A stretch of 62,005 nucleotides of DNA, the filler included, from Sluysia triapertura (taxonomy: Eukaryota): assembly GCA_046118255.1 (NCBI GenBank). It is 5 parts of 5 records of this genome, joined end to end, with 100 filler letters (N's around TTAATTAATTAA, not from the genome) between each part and the next. Parts side by side here need not be neighbours in the genome. Positions count along the whole stretch, not along the records: positions 1 to 10,882 come from JBJNIA010192118.1; positions 10,983 to 23,962 come from JBJNIA010067399.1; 3 more parts are not named here. One strand, given 5' to 3'. The stretch's first letter is position 1, and every line of letters starts with the position of its first letter. The notes below the pieces were generated by a model, which had not been told where the DNA came from, made no database searches, and worked only from the letters and a program-made list of their open reading frames with translations. A program made the position numbers and the translations under genes. Positions 1 to 14,519 of the stretch are shown here, piece after piece.

Positions 1-302
1 ATATTTTGTTTTACAAATATCACTGTAAAATATTACGTAAATTCTTTTAATAAAATTTGTGATCTTATAATAGATCAGTGAAAAATCATTTATAAAATTT
101 TACTATTGGAATTACAAAAGATAATTCCTGTAAATTATTGTATAAAATGAATTCTATTAAGAATTTATATTAATTAAATACCTTTACTTTCCTGTATTAT
201 ACATAGTAATCTGAAATGTTAAAAACTTAAGAATCATTTAACAATTTTCTAAATTTAAAATTCTGCCTCTGCTGGTATGGTTGACTATTCTAATCTAAAA
301 AT

Positions 303-400
303 TGTTAGACAGGGCTGATAGCTCAGTGATAAAGCATCGAAACGCACAATGAGAGGTCTCAGGTTCGATCCCTGGTCAGTCCATTTTATGAAGTCTAACA
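303..400 (+). mobile_element. tRNA-Ala-derived LTR of a miniature LTR retroelement (TRIM); best-preserved LTR copy, probably a 3' LTR
   Basis: 98 bp starting TGTTAGAC and ending GTCTAACA (8-bp terminal inverted repeat, TG...CA). It encloses a tRNA-like sequence at 312-383 followed by TTTT. The upstream TTGACTA...AAAAAT matches the end of the internal region in the copies at 44.3, 46.4 and 40.6 kb. Confidence 0.8.
312..383 (+). tRNA. tRNA-Ala-like sequence inside the LTR (probably not a functional tRNA)
   Basis: Acceptor stem GGGCTGA/TCAGTCC with G3:U70 and discriminator A; A-box TAGCTCAGTGA; T-arm CAGG-TTCGATC-CCTG; CGC in the anticodon region; anticodon stem poorly paired. Confidence 0.6.
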
Positions 401-3400
401 TCTCTAACAGAGTCTAGTTAAGAGATTTCATGATATAACACATACTTCGTCACGGATGTACAACTGCTCTGGGAGTTTAGTCACTCAGTAAACTCAGCAA
501 AAAACTGACTAACTCGACAAACAATACCACTGTGAAGAAAAAATGCAAAACGTTGCTTAGAAACGTACATCTAGCACAAATCTGCTAAGTGCGTATTTTT
601 ACAAACTGTGAAAGTTTGTATTAATTTTGATTGAAATTTAATTCATTATATATCATTTAAGTTTTAAATCAAAACGAGATAATATTTAAGATATGTAAGA
701 TAATTTTAATATTCGTAATTTTAGTACAGTTATAAATTATTGACAAACTCATAATGTCAACAAAGATCATAACATTTAAAATAATATTGCATTATTTTTA
801 TCAACCCAAAGTACACTAGTACATTATTACATTATTATCACGAAATTGCATAGAAAATTAAATAAAAAAATAAACTGAGTTAATTGTAAAAATATTAAAA
901 CAATAAAATATTTACTTTTTTTTGTTTTTAATAATCAAAATTAACATTGAATATAAAGTTTTGTCAAATAAGAGTAGTTTTTTCACATTAGAACAAACAA
1001 AAGTATCACTAGATATTTCTCTATTGATCAGAAAGACAATAGATATTTGTGTTTTGTATACGTAGAAATGCATAACAAAAGATGTAAAACTTTTGTTATT
1101 TCTAAATACTTAAGAAATAAATTATTTAATATTATATGGTGTATTTAATTGTAATATATGTGCCATTATGTATCTATACTACGTATTTATAAAACTTTCA
1201 TTTATAATAATGTTTCAATAAGTTATCCACACGATGACTAAATCATACAGTTAATTGAAATTATATAAATCTGTGTAAACATTGTCTATTAAGTCAATTA
1301 TCGTCGTGATTTATGGATTAATACAACTGTTAGAAGAATTCATAGTAAAATAAGATAACAATATTAATAATAATAAATAAATAAAATATTTATTTAGGCT
1401 TCAACCTGCACTTATTCTATTTTAATGAATGACAACAAACATCTGTATTATATAAGATAATTCTAACGATTTCGAAACACATTTTATGCTCAAGAACAAG
1501 CCTTAGGCACAATTTTCTGAAATAAGAAGAATTTGAAGAATTTAATAATTATAATTATTTAATAATTTAAATAATTTTGTGGTCACAACAAAAGTGGCAA
1601 TTAATTGACAAGGAACAATATATCAAATAATTTAATACAAAAATGATCAAGAACCGTAATGGAAACAGTTAAAAGTATAAAGAAAAATTATTTGAAGTTG
1701 CGACAATTGCTGCTATTATAAATTATCACTATTTCATTGAAAATTGATAAAGCAATTTCTTGGAAGTGGTATATACAATAATGCTTATATTTAGTATCTT
1801 TTAATAGTCATATACAATAAATTATTTCCTTTGTTGATTTTATGGGCAATGTGAATGAATAGATTAAAATTATAATTGGTGGATAATTGACACAAGAAAT
1901 TTAGAGGTTTTATGGCAAAATAATAATAATTTATTATAAAAATAATCAAAATGTATCACAATGCATTAAAAATTATCAAACAATTCATCAGCAATTCAAA
2001 GAATGACTTACAAAATAAATATTACTTTAGAGTACAATTTAAACGAGAGACACACATTTGTAGAATTTTAATTAAAATATTCATAATTAAAAGTATTTGC
2101 TTAACTTATATTTCTTGAGGAATATCATATGAATCTTTGTCTAACAGTTTTATTTTTGTTAGAAGATAAAAAAAAATTTCATGTAACTTTATATAACCTT
2201 TAAGTTTAATTTGTCTCACCAGGTGACCTTAGTATTCAAACTCTCCTGAATCTTGATTATACTTAAAATGTCTACTGTCTCCTTAATGTAGGTATATCTT
2301 TATGCTTATTAAACTATGAGTTTATTCTACTTATTAAATCTTGTGATACTTTTAGATGTGACGCGATTATGATTACAATTGTCTGTCTTTGCAACGTATT
2401 TTATACAATTTCTTTACCATACTTAGAAAAAAGATAAAAGAACTGTGGTTTAATAACAAATTACACTTGGAATTAGTTATAAAAATAATGTTTCAGACAA
2501 TGATTTGTACAGTTATCAATATAATAAAGATTATCATAATAAATTTGAATATTAAGATTACTTTTAATATTTTAAAAATTGTTTATTTTCTAAATCGTCT
2601 ACCTAAGCTAACGTGGAAGCGAAAAATATTGTGGGTTCACTTAAATATACGTTTTACATTATATCTACTAACTGTTAGGTTGTCATCACAACATTCTAAA
2701 ATCATTTTAAAATAGTTATTTTCCAACAAGAAATTATTTTTTGAGAGAAGAAAATTCGCTACTAGAAGCAGAATAGAATGTTCCCTCAATCCCGATTTGC
2801 TGATGACTAGTATATAAATTAGCATCAGTACAATCACAACGACACTAATTACAACCGCCATCTTGATTTTAGCAAAATTTTGTGACTATTTGGTATGTGC
2901 CATTTTGGATTTCAACAATCATTTCTGTCAGTTATTTTCCCTTATCTTTTTTAGCAGATATTTCAACATTTGGTAGTCTAGTTCGGAGTCAACAGCATAC
3001 CATTTCATCGGCATCATTTTGAGCAGATTTTTTCATGCACGTCGTAAGTTATTTTTATTGAGGCGATACTAATCGTAAGAAAATTAATATCTTAATCGTA
3101 AAATCATTTTTAAATATAATGATTTTATGTATATATTGAGGGTTAAAATATATTCAAACTTATATTACAGAAATAAAAAATTAAATAAAAATTAGAATTT
3201 TCTTATTGTATTTTTATTTACTTTATTTCTATAATCTTATTTTATAGATACATTGTAAATTTCAGATTTTGTAATTTTTTAATAAAAGTATTTTTTCATT
3301 CATTGTTTCATTATTAGGGATAAGTGAAGAATTCAATAAACGAAATTAACAATTAGATTTAGAATTCTTTAATAAATAAAATTACGAAGCATACACGAGC

Positions 3401-4379
3401 AGAAATTTTATTTTTGGGGTTAAATATAAATTATTAATTTAAAGTCGTTGTAAAGTCGACTGTAACTCGACCTTGCTAAAAATTACTGTACAAACATCAA
3501 TGACTATTGATTAATTGTGTAACTTAATTTAAATGATTGTGTGACCATTGATCAATTTAATTGTGTGTCATTATATTGTATAATTTATGAACATTTATTG
3601 ATTTATAATTTTGGTATTTGGATAATAATTAATTTATTCGGATTTTTAATTATTTGGATTTTTAATTAATATTAAAGTAAGTAATTTCTATATGTTATTA
3701 AACTTTAATTTTTTAATTGAATTATTTTTGTTTTAATTGTTAAAAATATTTTTGTTTTAATCTGACCAAGGTCAGTTAAATTAAGTATGTAAACATCGTA
3801 AAAAAAGCATGAGACAATTTTTATAGTTTAAAGAAGAGACAACTAGTTAAAACAAATTTTAAACATTTCATTTGGAAAATTGGACATTGAGAAATGACTT
3901 GTCCGATTTTCATACAAAATATCTACGTTAGTTTATTATATTAAGTTTGGATACAATAAGTATCCACGTAAAATAGAGGAAAAATAAATTTTGTAATAAA
4001 TTTTGAAACTTATAATAGTTTCTCATAAAATATATTATTAAATTATTATTCAAGGGATTAACTGAAAGTTAATTAGCGCAACTTATCTATTAATATTTAT
4101 ATATCTTCTGTATTAAGTTATTTAATTTTGGAATATATAAATTCTTCGAGAAATTTTTATTATTAACGACTAACTTTTATAGTTTTAACTTTATAAAATC
4201 ATTACTATTGTTATAAATCCTTTTTATAGGAGTTTCGAAAACTATTTCAATAATACAAAATTTAACTGTTGTTTTTCAGTTAACAGAATATTTTCATCAC
4301 AGAATTTACTCCCATTTTTTAATAGATCCTATTAAATTATATTTAAAATACCTCCAGAGCTCCACATAATTTGACGAGC

Positions 4380-4490
4380 AAGCATTGAGATATATTTTTA
4401 ATCTTTTCAATTACAAAAATCCAACGGCTAGCCCTAACTGGTAAGCCTAGTACGTTGGTGAACTCAAGTAAAAAGTTTTACTTTATTCTA
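4380..4490 (-). repeat. Dispersed repeat (LTR-like), copy 1
   Basis: The reverse complement TAGAATAAAGTA...TGAGTTCACCAACGTACTAGGCTTACCAGTTAGGGCTAGCCGTTGGATTTTT aligns with 8544-8620. Confidence 0.6.
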
Positions 4491-7400
4491 TAAGTCACAC
4501 ATTATGTTGCCGTAGGTTAAGTATTAGAAAAAGCATAGCACAACTATAAAAACTTCTATCAAAATATTATATTAAATGTTATTCAAACTGTAGGCTCAAT
4601 GACATAAATTTACAATGCTTTTCTATTATTGGATCTAATTTAAAATTAACTAAACAACACAAAATTTTATTAATTACAATCTTCATACTAAGGTTTCTAA
4701 ATATTCATCCAGAAAAATTATAATATAATTTTACACATTAAGAGAACATTTTAATAATTTAATAGTTTAAATATGATTTTGTATCTAGATTTAAACTAGA
4801 TTTCAAAGATTAAATCGATCTTAAGTATAATTGTTATATTCACTTAAGGAAGATAAAATCCTTTTTGGAGGATTTAAATTTATTTATAATTTTATCTAAT
4901 TTTAAATATAAATTACAATTTAATTTATTTGAAACGATTAAAATTTTAAACATTAACAAATTAAGAAATAAGTCAGGCTTAATGTCTTTTAAAAAATATA
5001 TTTCTTTTAAAACCAACATATTAACAAAATTTCACAACATTTTATTATGAAACGAGAGTAATACTATTAGAACAAAAAAACAGTAATAGAGTAATTATTA
5101 CTCTATTAATTCAGTAATAAAACACCTGGTAAAAGTTCCATTGGTAAGAATTTTTTGTATTCAGCTTTGAAATTTTGTTGAATATCACGGAAATCACCAT
5201 TAGCATAAATTCTTGCACAAACATTTTACATAATTCTAAATATCGATTTTTTTGAAATTTTTGCTCTTGACGACTAATTATTATTAATTTTTTTAATTTC
5301 AGAACTGGCAACAATAACGAGATCGTTAGTAGTAGTACTAGTTGTTGTTGTTGTTGTAGTAAATTGTGTTATCATTCTACATGAATAAAATTTCTTTAAG
5401 TTTTTGGGCCTCAGTAATTTTATCTATTATTTTACAAATAAAAGATAATAGATAAACAGATAACTGATTCAGAATATTCGATCGTGTATAAAAGGAAAAT
5501 AACAACAATTTAAGTATGACTAACAAAATTTAAATCTTATTGTTGGAATTTTTTCATTTGAAATGTCAGAAGTTTTCATTACTGTCGGATATTCTTTTAA
5601 TATCGAATTATGAATATTTTTATTGTCGTCTCGGAGTAAATAACCATTAACAGTTTAGCTTATGAAATTACTTTCCTTTTATTATTATTTAATTTTTTAA
5701 TAGGTATTTATATTAATTCATGAAAACAGGTTATTTTTTATTTTCACATTTTATATTAATTTTATTTTTTATTTTTATATTTTCAAGTATAAACGGCAAT
5801 TAATATTTTCAGATATTCGATCTCTTACAAAATTGATTTTAATGTTAGCTTTATCCTTGCAGTAAGAACTGGTAAAAAATTAAGAGTAAAATAATATAGA
5901 ATTAAAACTTACGATATTGACCAAATACCACCAAAATATATGTAAGTTGTGCAATATTCTAACGACGATTTGTAAGCACCAAAAACGTGAAATAAAGTCT
6001 TTCGAGTCACAATTCGACAAATAATTGATCTAGTCGAAAATTAATTTGGTTCTGATACTATTATTCGACATCGTAAGTAATCATAAATAATTTCCTTTTT
6101 TTGATGTTTATTAATCTATATTTTTTTGATTTGATTTGATTTGCCGTTAGCGCTAAATTAAAACTTTTTTGGTTGCTAAAGAACTAGCTACAAAAATTTT
6201 ATTACTTAGATATAAATTTAAATATTTTATTACTTTTAAATATAAAACTTTATTATTACTAAATAAATCTTAAAATTTAGACTTTTATGCGAGTCAGAAC
6301 GTACAGTCAAAGCGGTTTTTATGCGGGGAATAGGGACCATATAAAAAAACGCATGAAATATATGCCGAAATGGCTTTAAAATATTTTATATTGTAAACCA
6401 ATCAAAAAGCAATCACACAAAAGCAAGTATGACTCTATGGTAATATCTATATTAAAGGATTTCCGATGGTAATCTGTTAAATTATCCGTAGACAATCTGT
6501 TTGCTTATGTTGAGATAAAATAATATTTTATTTTAAATAAAAGTTTCACCCGATTTATAAAATATTGTCATAAAATAGTTTTAAAACTTTGTTTTTTTAT
6601 TTTTTTATCTGATTAAACTGAATTAATACTTCATCAGTAAGTTATTATGTGACTTCAGTTATTATTTTTCAACTTGAACTTGAATATTTTTAAAAGTTTT
6701 TCGAAATATAATTTAAATTGAAGTCGAATGTTTAACTTTATTCTGAAATATAATGAGGTTTAATTTTTATATTAATTAATTAGTTACGTAAATTATTTTC
6801 AATTTAAATAGGCATTGTTTAATAATAATATAATTTACTGCGTATTTATGCTAAATAAACCTATTAATATTATGGGTCCATCTACAGCTGGTCGAGGCAC
6901 AGTGACGGTAATGACAATAAATAAATATTTAAGTAATTTTAATTTTCAAAAATGTAAAAAGTTTTATAAAAAAATTTACCATCATCAAATATTCAACTGA
7001 AAAAAAACATATAAAATTAAATTTAAATTTAAAATCATTGTTTTAGAAATACAAGAAAGTGAAATTTTAAAATCAATGTTAATATCTGGCTAGTTTATTA
7101 CAAAATAGTCAGTAGTCAACTATGTATATGTGAATATTTACAGTGAATAATGTAGAAGAATAATATGGGTAGTAGGGGTAAATTACTCCAAATGACGTAA
7201 TTGTGAAATTCCTTTCACCGGATAATTTAAATAATAATTTAAATTATAATTTAGATGATAATTTAAATAATTTTTATTTTTAAAAATGAAAAAAGTTTAG
7301 TATAATGATTTACCACCACCGTACATTCAATTTGAAAAATAAACGTATTATTGTCTATTGCAGAATGTATAACTGTGTAAGGCAGTTATAAACTGTAGAA

Positions 7401-8543
7401 ATTGGAATAGTTTATAATTTAGTGCTTTAGTCCTGCTTTAATCTTAGAAAACGATTACAAATACTCTGATTTCCATTGCATGTAGTTTAAGATTTAGTTT
7501 TAGTCACATGTTTCCTATTTCAAGGGAAGAAATGAATTCGATTGTACATTATGTGCGATATAGTATAAAAATGGTTAAAACTGTGGTTAAATTGAAGTGA
7601 AAGCTTGGGGATAATGACAAAATTACTAAAATCATATTTGGGTAATAGAGATAAAAGTATGCGGCCCTTAAGTTTATGTTTTCAATTCTTACGAAAGACG
7701 TATCCGTAAGATTTTAAATTAAATTAGCTTTAGAGGGCCTAACTTTAAAATATATTATTCTGTAAGAAATATTATCTTTATTAATAATGAATAATTTTAA
7801 CTTAACTATTTAAAACCTGACGTATTACTATCTTGACTTTTTATAACTAATATAATTCCTTTGAAATATCAGTTAAATATTAATGATAATTACGTTTAAG
7901 TATTAATTCATTCAAAGTATCAATAAATTCATGCGGCCTATAGATCTAATTATACAAACAACCTGGGTCACCCAGTAATGTCTGCTCTTCCAAAGTTGAG
8001 TTTAATAATTATAATTATTAATTATTTACTTTAAATCAATATCAAAATAGAGATAATTTTATAGCTATTATAGTTCAAATTCTAGTATGTTTGAGTAGAT
8101 TATATTCCTACATATTAATAATTATTTTGTCATTTTACAATACTTAAAGAGTAAAATGCGATTTTAGAAAATGATTCTGTTGCTATTGCTTTAATATAAC
8201 TCAAAATTTTATTAAACCTATGTCGAATTTTAATAAAAAAATAAGCTTGCGAAATTAATCTAAAAATAATTCATCGGATTGATGCGTCTATATCCAAAAA
8301 TCATCCTAAATCGTTTTGTCAATTTTTTATTGAAATTTATCAAATTCTTCTCTTTTACGTAAAAAATATGTGGCGAAAATCAAAGTAATATTTTGATTAT
8401 TATTTACTAACGTATTTTTAATTATCCGATAGAAAATTTGCAAGTAATGATTTTCTGTATTCAATTATTATTATATTTCAGAAAATCAAATATTAATTTC
8501 CAGCAAATCATGTTATTATTATTCTGTGCGAAAAGTATGCGAA

Positions 8544-8655
8544 TAGAATAAAGTATATTGAACATGTGAGCTCACCAACTTACTGGACTTATCTGCTAGG
8601 GCCAGCCGCTGGATTTTTATAAGGTAAATTTGAAGAAAATATGTCAATGGAGTGC
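8544..8655 (+). repeat. Dispersed repeat (LTR-like), copy 2
   Basis: TAGAATAAAGTA...TGAGCTCACCAACTTACTGGACTTATCTGCTAGGGCCAGCCGCTGGATTTTT; a weaker partial copy lies at ~24145-24185. Confidence 0.6.
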
Positions 8656-10882
8656 TTTTATTTGAAGTTACAAATTCAAATTGCAAGTTTTAAAAATTAA
8701 ATTTAGTTATAGATTTTACGCAAAATTCCTTTATACGGAATCATACAAAAGAGTTTACCTACAAGAATTAAATTCTAGTTTTTTGAAACAGTCAGGCGTA
8801 TGATTTTAATGAAGTTTGAAACTATATAAATTATAAATTATAATAAATTATAAACTATATTAAAAATAAATTATAAAATAAAACCTTTTATTTTGTAACA
8901 AATTATACAAGCAATAGGTAATACTAATAATAATAAAATTTGCGTTAACTAACTAATTTCCAGTTAATTGTAATAAAGCGTAAAATTTTATTAAAATATT
9001 TTTCCTTAGATCATTATATGATCCAAAATATTATTATTAAAGGTTACGTAGATTTTGCAATTGATATATAATATATCTGACTTAATAATATTAAACGAAC
9101 GTTACTCAAATTAGATAGTGATCCCAGGAAATTGTTAATTTTATCATCACCAAAGAATTTCTTTGATAGAATAGTTTAAACTTTTTTAATTCAGTTTTTT
9201 TGTGCGATGTTAACTTGAAAAGTTTATCCTTATATACTTGTTTTAGTCCGATCTTGGCCACAAAAATATTAAATTAAAATATTTAAACAAAATTTTAAAT
9301 AAAAATTAAGTTAGTGACGTTAACTTAAAAATAAAATAAATCAATAAAATTTTAATAAATTAATAAAAAATTCATAACTTATTAAAAATAAATTAATAAA
9401 AATTCTTACAATATTAATAATTTCCAATAAAGTTCATAAATTAATCAATAAAATTTAAATTCATAAACAATAGTTTAAAGTCAATAAAAGTGAATCATAT
9501 GTTACAACATAAATAATAATTTAAAGTCATATGTCACGATTCATTTACAACGATTATTCATTTACAATTCTATTTTTTGGAATTATTCCCACAAATATTT
9601 TTGCAACAGAAAGAATTTTGCCTTGAAATATTTCATAATCTTCTCGTAATTTTTTGGTAGCTCATTGTATATTTTTGAAACATAAACGGTACATAACTTG
9701 TTATCACTATGGATTCTGTATAAATTATTATATCTTAAAGACATTTTTTTATTTCCAAGAGATATTCAGAATTTCCATAACGAAAATATTTCTAAATTAA
9801 AACCAAAGATTTATAAATTTTAAATAGTTTTAATTTTTGTCTTATGATATTACGAGCAATACGTATCTATGATAAAATAATGCGAAAAAATGATTTTATT
9901 AATTCGTTATGTTTTCAAACTAATTTTTACACTTTCAGTACGATTTTTACCTGCACAACATATACACGAAATATGTTCAATATATCACATTTTTAATTAT
10001 TAATTGAACAATTTGGTGGGATGTTTATTAGAAATTTATATTCCAGTAGGATTGAAAGGCTTAAATATCAAGTTATGCTTAATATTTTAAAAAATTTTAA
10101 TTTAATGTAATTTTATTTAAAATTAAACGTACCACGTCCGGTCGCATGACCGTTTATAATTTTTATAATATGACTTAATTTTATATATAAACAAATAAAT
10201 TTACATTAGTACAAAAATTATTTTATAATAAATCTGATAACCGGTGATGGTATAAACCTTAATACATTTAGTGCTAAATAAATAATAAATAAACATAATA
10301 CAATATTAAATAATTATTTAATTTAATTGAAAAATATGGACTTTAAATGGTCATTTTTGTAAAAGTTGTGCTATTTTATTTGAAAAGTAAATATTTTAAC
10401 AAAAACTCTAAATCATAATAAATAATAATTAAAACACTTTTTTATGTAAACACAAATATGTTACATAAGATTAAATTTAAACGTTTTAAGCTTAAATTAC
10501 AATTACAAATAAAGTTTATATTTAATATATCAAAAAAAGTAAAACAAATAACTTTCAGTAAAAACTAAAATAATAAAAGATTGGAATTAACAAATCCAAA
10601 TAATTCAAATAACAAAAAAAAAGAAACTTAATTTTTCTTAAAATCAGATCAGACAAACAAAAATTACAAAAACAATTGAGACTATGAAAATCAAATATAA
10701 ATTAAGATTGAAAAGATGAAAGTGATCGAAAGATAAAATCCTGTGGATTATAAGTTATAAATGATAAAAATAGAAACTAAAACATTAACATATTTGAAAG
10801 GAGAGTAAAACTGAAAAATTATGTAAAGTAACTTGATAGTAAATTAAATGAGAATTTGACTGTACTAAGAATAAAGTGATCT

Positions 10883-10982
10883 NNNNNNNNNNNNNNNNNN
10901 NNNNNNNNNNNNNNNNNNNNNNNNNNTTAATTAATTAANNNNNNNNNNNNNNNNNNNNNNNNNNNNNNNNNNNNNNNNNNNN
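10883..10982. other. Assembly gap with TTAATTAATTAA six-frame stop linker
   Basis: N44-TTAATTAATTAA-N44; the same construct occurs at 23963-24062, 37901-38000 and 50337-50436. Confidence 0.98.
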
Positions 10983-10983
10983 A

Positions 10984-10984
<1 letters not shown>

Positions 10985-11051
<67 letters not shown>
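10985..11051 (+). repeat. (ATT)n microsatellite
   Basis: About 22 perfect ATT units directly after the gap. Confidence 0.95.
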
Positions 11052-13902
11052 GTTATATTATTAAACTAATTAGATTTTGGACATTTTGTTTTTGTTATTA
11101 ATTTAAGATTTATCTTTGCATTAATACTATTGTCATTTTAATATTTTTAGTGTATTTAATAAATATTGGAATAGTCTTTCTTAATCATTTGAATTTTTGA
11201 ATAACTAAATAAAGAATTTATGGTAAACGATCATTTAGTTTGATAATTTTCTAATAATTTAACATTTAATTTTAAATTACTACAGATTTAGAATGCATAT
11301 TGGTAGTAAAATAATTATAACGAGTTTTAACTGAAGATTTTCACTTTATTATTTCACGTATCTACCGCCACGCCATTTGTAAGTCGTGTATTGTAGACGA
11401 ACCTTTATATTCCATTTTGCTTCTTTAATAAGGTTAAGATATATATATATATATAATCTTATAATAATCTAATCTAATAGTTATATAATCTAACGAAATA
11501 TGTAATTATTATTATAAATATTTGTTTCTAGCTTTTATATTTTAATAATCGGTGAAATTTCGACAAAATATAAATTTGCATTTCAATTGTTTTAATTTTT
11601 ATTTGAAACATTACGAAATCATATAATAACTTAGAAAATGTGGTTATAGGCAAAAAAGTGGTAAAAACTATTATAAAACATAATCATTATACTAAGAATA
11701 AAGAAAAGAAGCAATCATCTTACAAGAAATAATTAATAAAAGAAATTATGTAGGAGAGCACTACAATCTCATTGTCGCTCTTATACATAAATTTATACAA
11801 AGTCATAATTCAAGTCATACATAATATACAAAAAAACATTTTCCACATATAGCTACTTCAGCATATCAATACAAAATCCTACAATAAAATATATTTAAGT
11901 TATTAACCGTTAAAATTACCAGCAAAATTCTACGAAAAATTATATTATATCAAATAAACGACACACATTATTAATTCATTGTATTCAACACAATTCATTA
12001 ATTATAAAACTTCAAACCACAAATTCTTTTTGTTTGAATGCATGATTACATTCGTATTACAATATAGTCCTAATTTTCTTTTAATGTTTTTATTATTATT
12101 TATTTTTAAATTTAATTTTTAATATTAAAAAATTTGCAATTTAATTATATTATATTTTTGCGTATTTTAAAATTAGCAAAATATTCGGATTACTTCTCAA
12201 ATGATGCATTTTTCACATGAAAGCTAATTTCAAATATTATGATTTCTCTTATGCAAGTTTTAAATAGATTTAGAATAGATTAAGACGTTGATAGAAATGA
12301 AACATTTCTCATAATGGAATCTGCGAAGGATTCTAGAGGAATTCAAAATATTTATAATTTTTATATCAGTTATTTTGAAAATTGTTCTCAACCATATAGA
12401 AGAGTGCTTTGCAAAACTGTTGATTATATTTGTTGTATGTTAAATAACGTAGTTAAGTGCAGCAAATTGCTAAATTTGCAATATAAATAATAAACCATCT
12501 CAAAGTGTATTACTTACTTAATTTCAATGTTTTTCCTTTTTTTCAAAATTTTCAAACAAAAAGTTATAGAGCAAAGTGTGTAAAGTCCGTTGAACATTTG
12601 ACAACAATTGTGAAACGTGTAACCACATGTGCACATCGTGTAACATTAAATTAATTAATCTTAATACAATTCCTATGTCGATAGCATTACTGCCTTTAAA
12701 AAATGAAACATAAAGACTAGTTCGAATTGTAAATTTTAATTCACGTGAATTAAAGACTAAAAGACTAAAGACTAGAATTTTAATGAAACAAGCGTTTGGA
12801 AGGTTCATAGTGTCAGTTAGAAGACACCATATGGTTATATTTTATTTAGAGTCTTTTAAATTATTAATATTTAGTGTAGATGCGTTTGATAGTATCGAAG
12901 AATTGGTAAGTAGGTCGTTCATGAGGCAAGAAAATTGCTCGGTAAATTTATTAAAACCTATTGTTGTGTTGTCGGAAACGGTGTGATTTTCTATGTTTGA
13001 CATGGTCTTTTTCAATTTATTTGATTAAGGACCTTAAGTCCACTTTTATAAAGATAAGTGTTTTAAAAGTTTATAAATTTAATAATTCTTTTCATAAATT
13101 AATGTTTTTTAATTAAATTAATAAATTAATAAAGTTCTAAATAATAAACTATTAAATATAAAAACATTAAAAGCTGCATAGAAATTAAGTATGTATCTGT
13201 ATGAATTTAAAGGCTTTAAATTTAAAGCTTTATTAGATACATACATTGAGTGTCTATATATTTACTCCGTTTACCAATATCGTAAATGACAATAAATTAC
13301 AATGATTATTACATTAATTGAAAACGAATTGTAATGTATGTATTCGAATATATACTCAAAGGTAATTAAACTATATATTAAGAATATTATTTCTGAAATA
13401 AAAAGTACTTTTTCTTCTTTTTTTACGTTTATGATTTTTAATAATTTGTTTATTATTAAAATTTATGAAACACAAACAATACTCAATTTATCACTTTCCT
13501 TATTATCTCTGTATTATGTATGCATTGCTTTACCGCATTTTCTTATAATTGTAGAGATTTTCAGCATTTTCATAAATTAAATATTTATAAATTACCACAA
13601 TGATTTCCCATTATATTCAATTTTATGTAAGATCTCTTTTAATTGGAAAATATGTTTTTTTAGAATATTTTCACTTTATATACGTTAATTTTAACGCTAT
13701 TTTTAAATTACTTTATGCGCATTTAAATATTAAATTACACTGATAATGTTACATTATTGCATTAAAATGGATTAATAGCCTGTGTTAATAGCCTTAATAT
13801 ATTTATAATTATTAATAATAATCTTAACAATTATTATTATGAGCATAATTGTGATTATAATTATGATAGTTATTACGATAATAATAATTATTATTGTTTC
13901 AG

Positions 13903-14039
13903 TGATACCAGGTATAGTAATTTTAATTTGGGCTTTACTTCGATATAATTACGATCACGCGTTCTGTTGGGATTTAAGTATTGACAAGAAAAAACGACCT
14001 TTATGGTTTTTACAAGGATACTTAATCATATTGACTTTG
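13903..14039 (+). CDS. Class B1 (secretin/CRF/calcitonin-receptor-like) GPCR, TM4-ECL2-TM5 exon
   Basis: Boundaries tttcag| and |gttagt, phase 1 to 0. Translation xIPGIVILIWALLRYNYDHAFCWDLSIDKKKRPLWFLQGYLIILTL fits the family B pattern (GW)xxP..W..R.YY.N..CW....W..QGP, with boundaries typical for the family. Confidence 0.85.
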
Positions 14040-14519
14040 GTTAGTCAAAAATATTTATCATTTTATATTAACATTAAAAATTATTTTAATTGTAAATAAA
14101 GCCAAATACAAATAAATTTTAAAATAAATGTTTTATACACTTTTTAGAACATATTTACTTTATCTTATTATTTATTCTGCTCTAAATGTTTTAAAAAATA
14201 TTAACATTGTTTTAGGTGGTTTATTGTTATTAAAATTCTTGTGATAAATTATTGATTTTCATGAATACTAATAAAGTCAACGTTACAAATTTTTAAAGTA
14301 TTGAAATGTTATTAAAACTTTTATACTGACAATCACATTGTACTTATTCAAGTTTGAATTTTTTCTCAGATATTATGCCTTATATTTGAATTTAAAATGG
14401 GTTCGACAAGAGATTAATATTTTTGCATGGTTTTATTGATATTTGTATTTAAATTTAATGGATGTTTATTAATATTTATATATTTATTAATTATATTAAT
14501 TTAAATTATGCTTGTACAA

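Noticed and set aside
182-210. 29-nt minus-strand micro-exon
   Set aside because: Splice-like ends occur often by chance in this base composition, and there is no recognisable protein similarity.
312-383. Functional tRNA gene or classical tRNA-headed SINE
   Set aside because: The anticodon arm is degenerate, sequence upstream of the tRNA is shared between copies, and homology stops at the CA terminus; this fits an LTR better.
8481-8623. Exon candidate with a faint aquaporin-like YWTYLLGP
   Set aside because: It overlaps a dispersed repeat also present at 4380-4490 and has stops in the plausible frames.
10927-10938. Recurrent TTAATTAATTAA palindrome inside N-runs
   Set aside because: Scaffolding linker with stops in six frames; an artefact, not biology.
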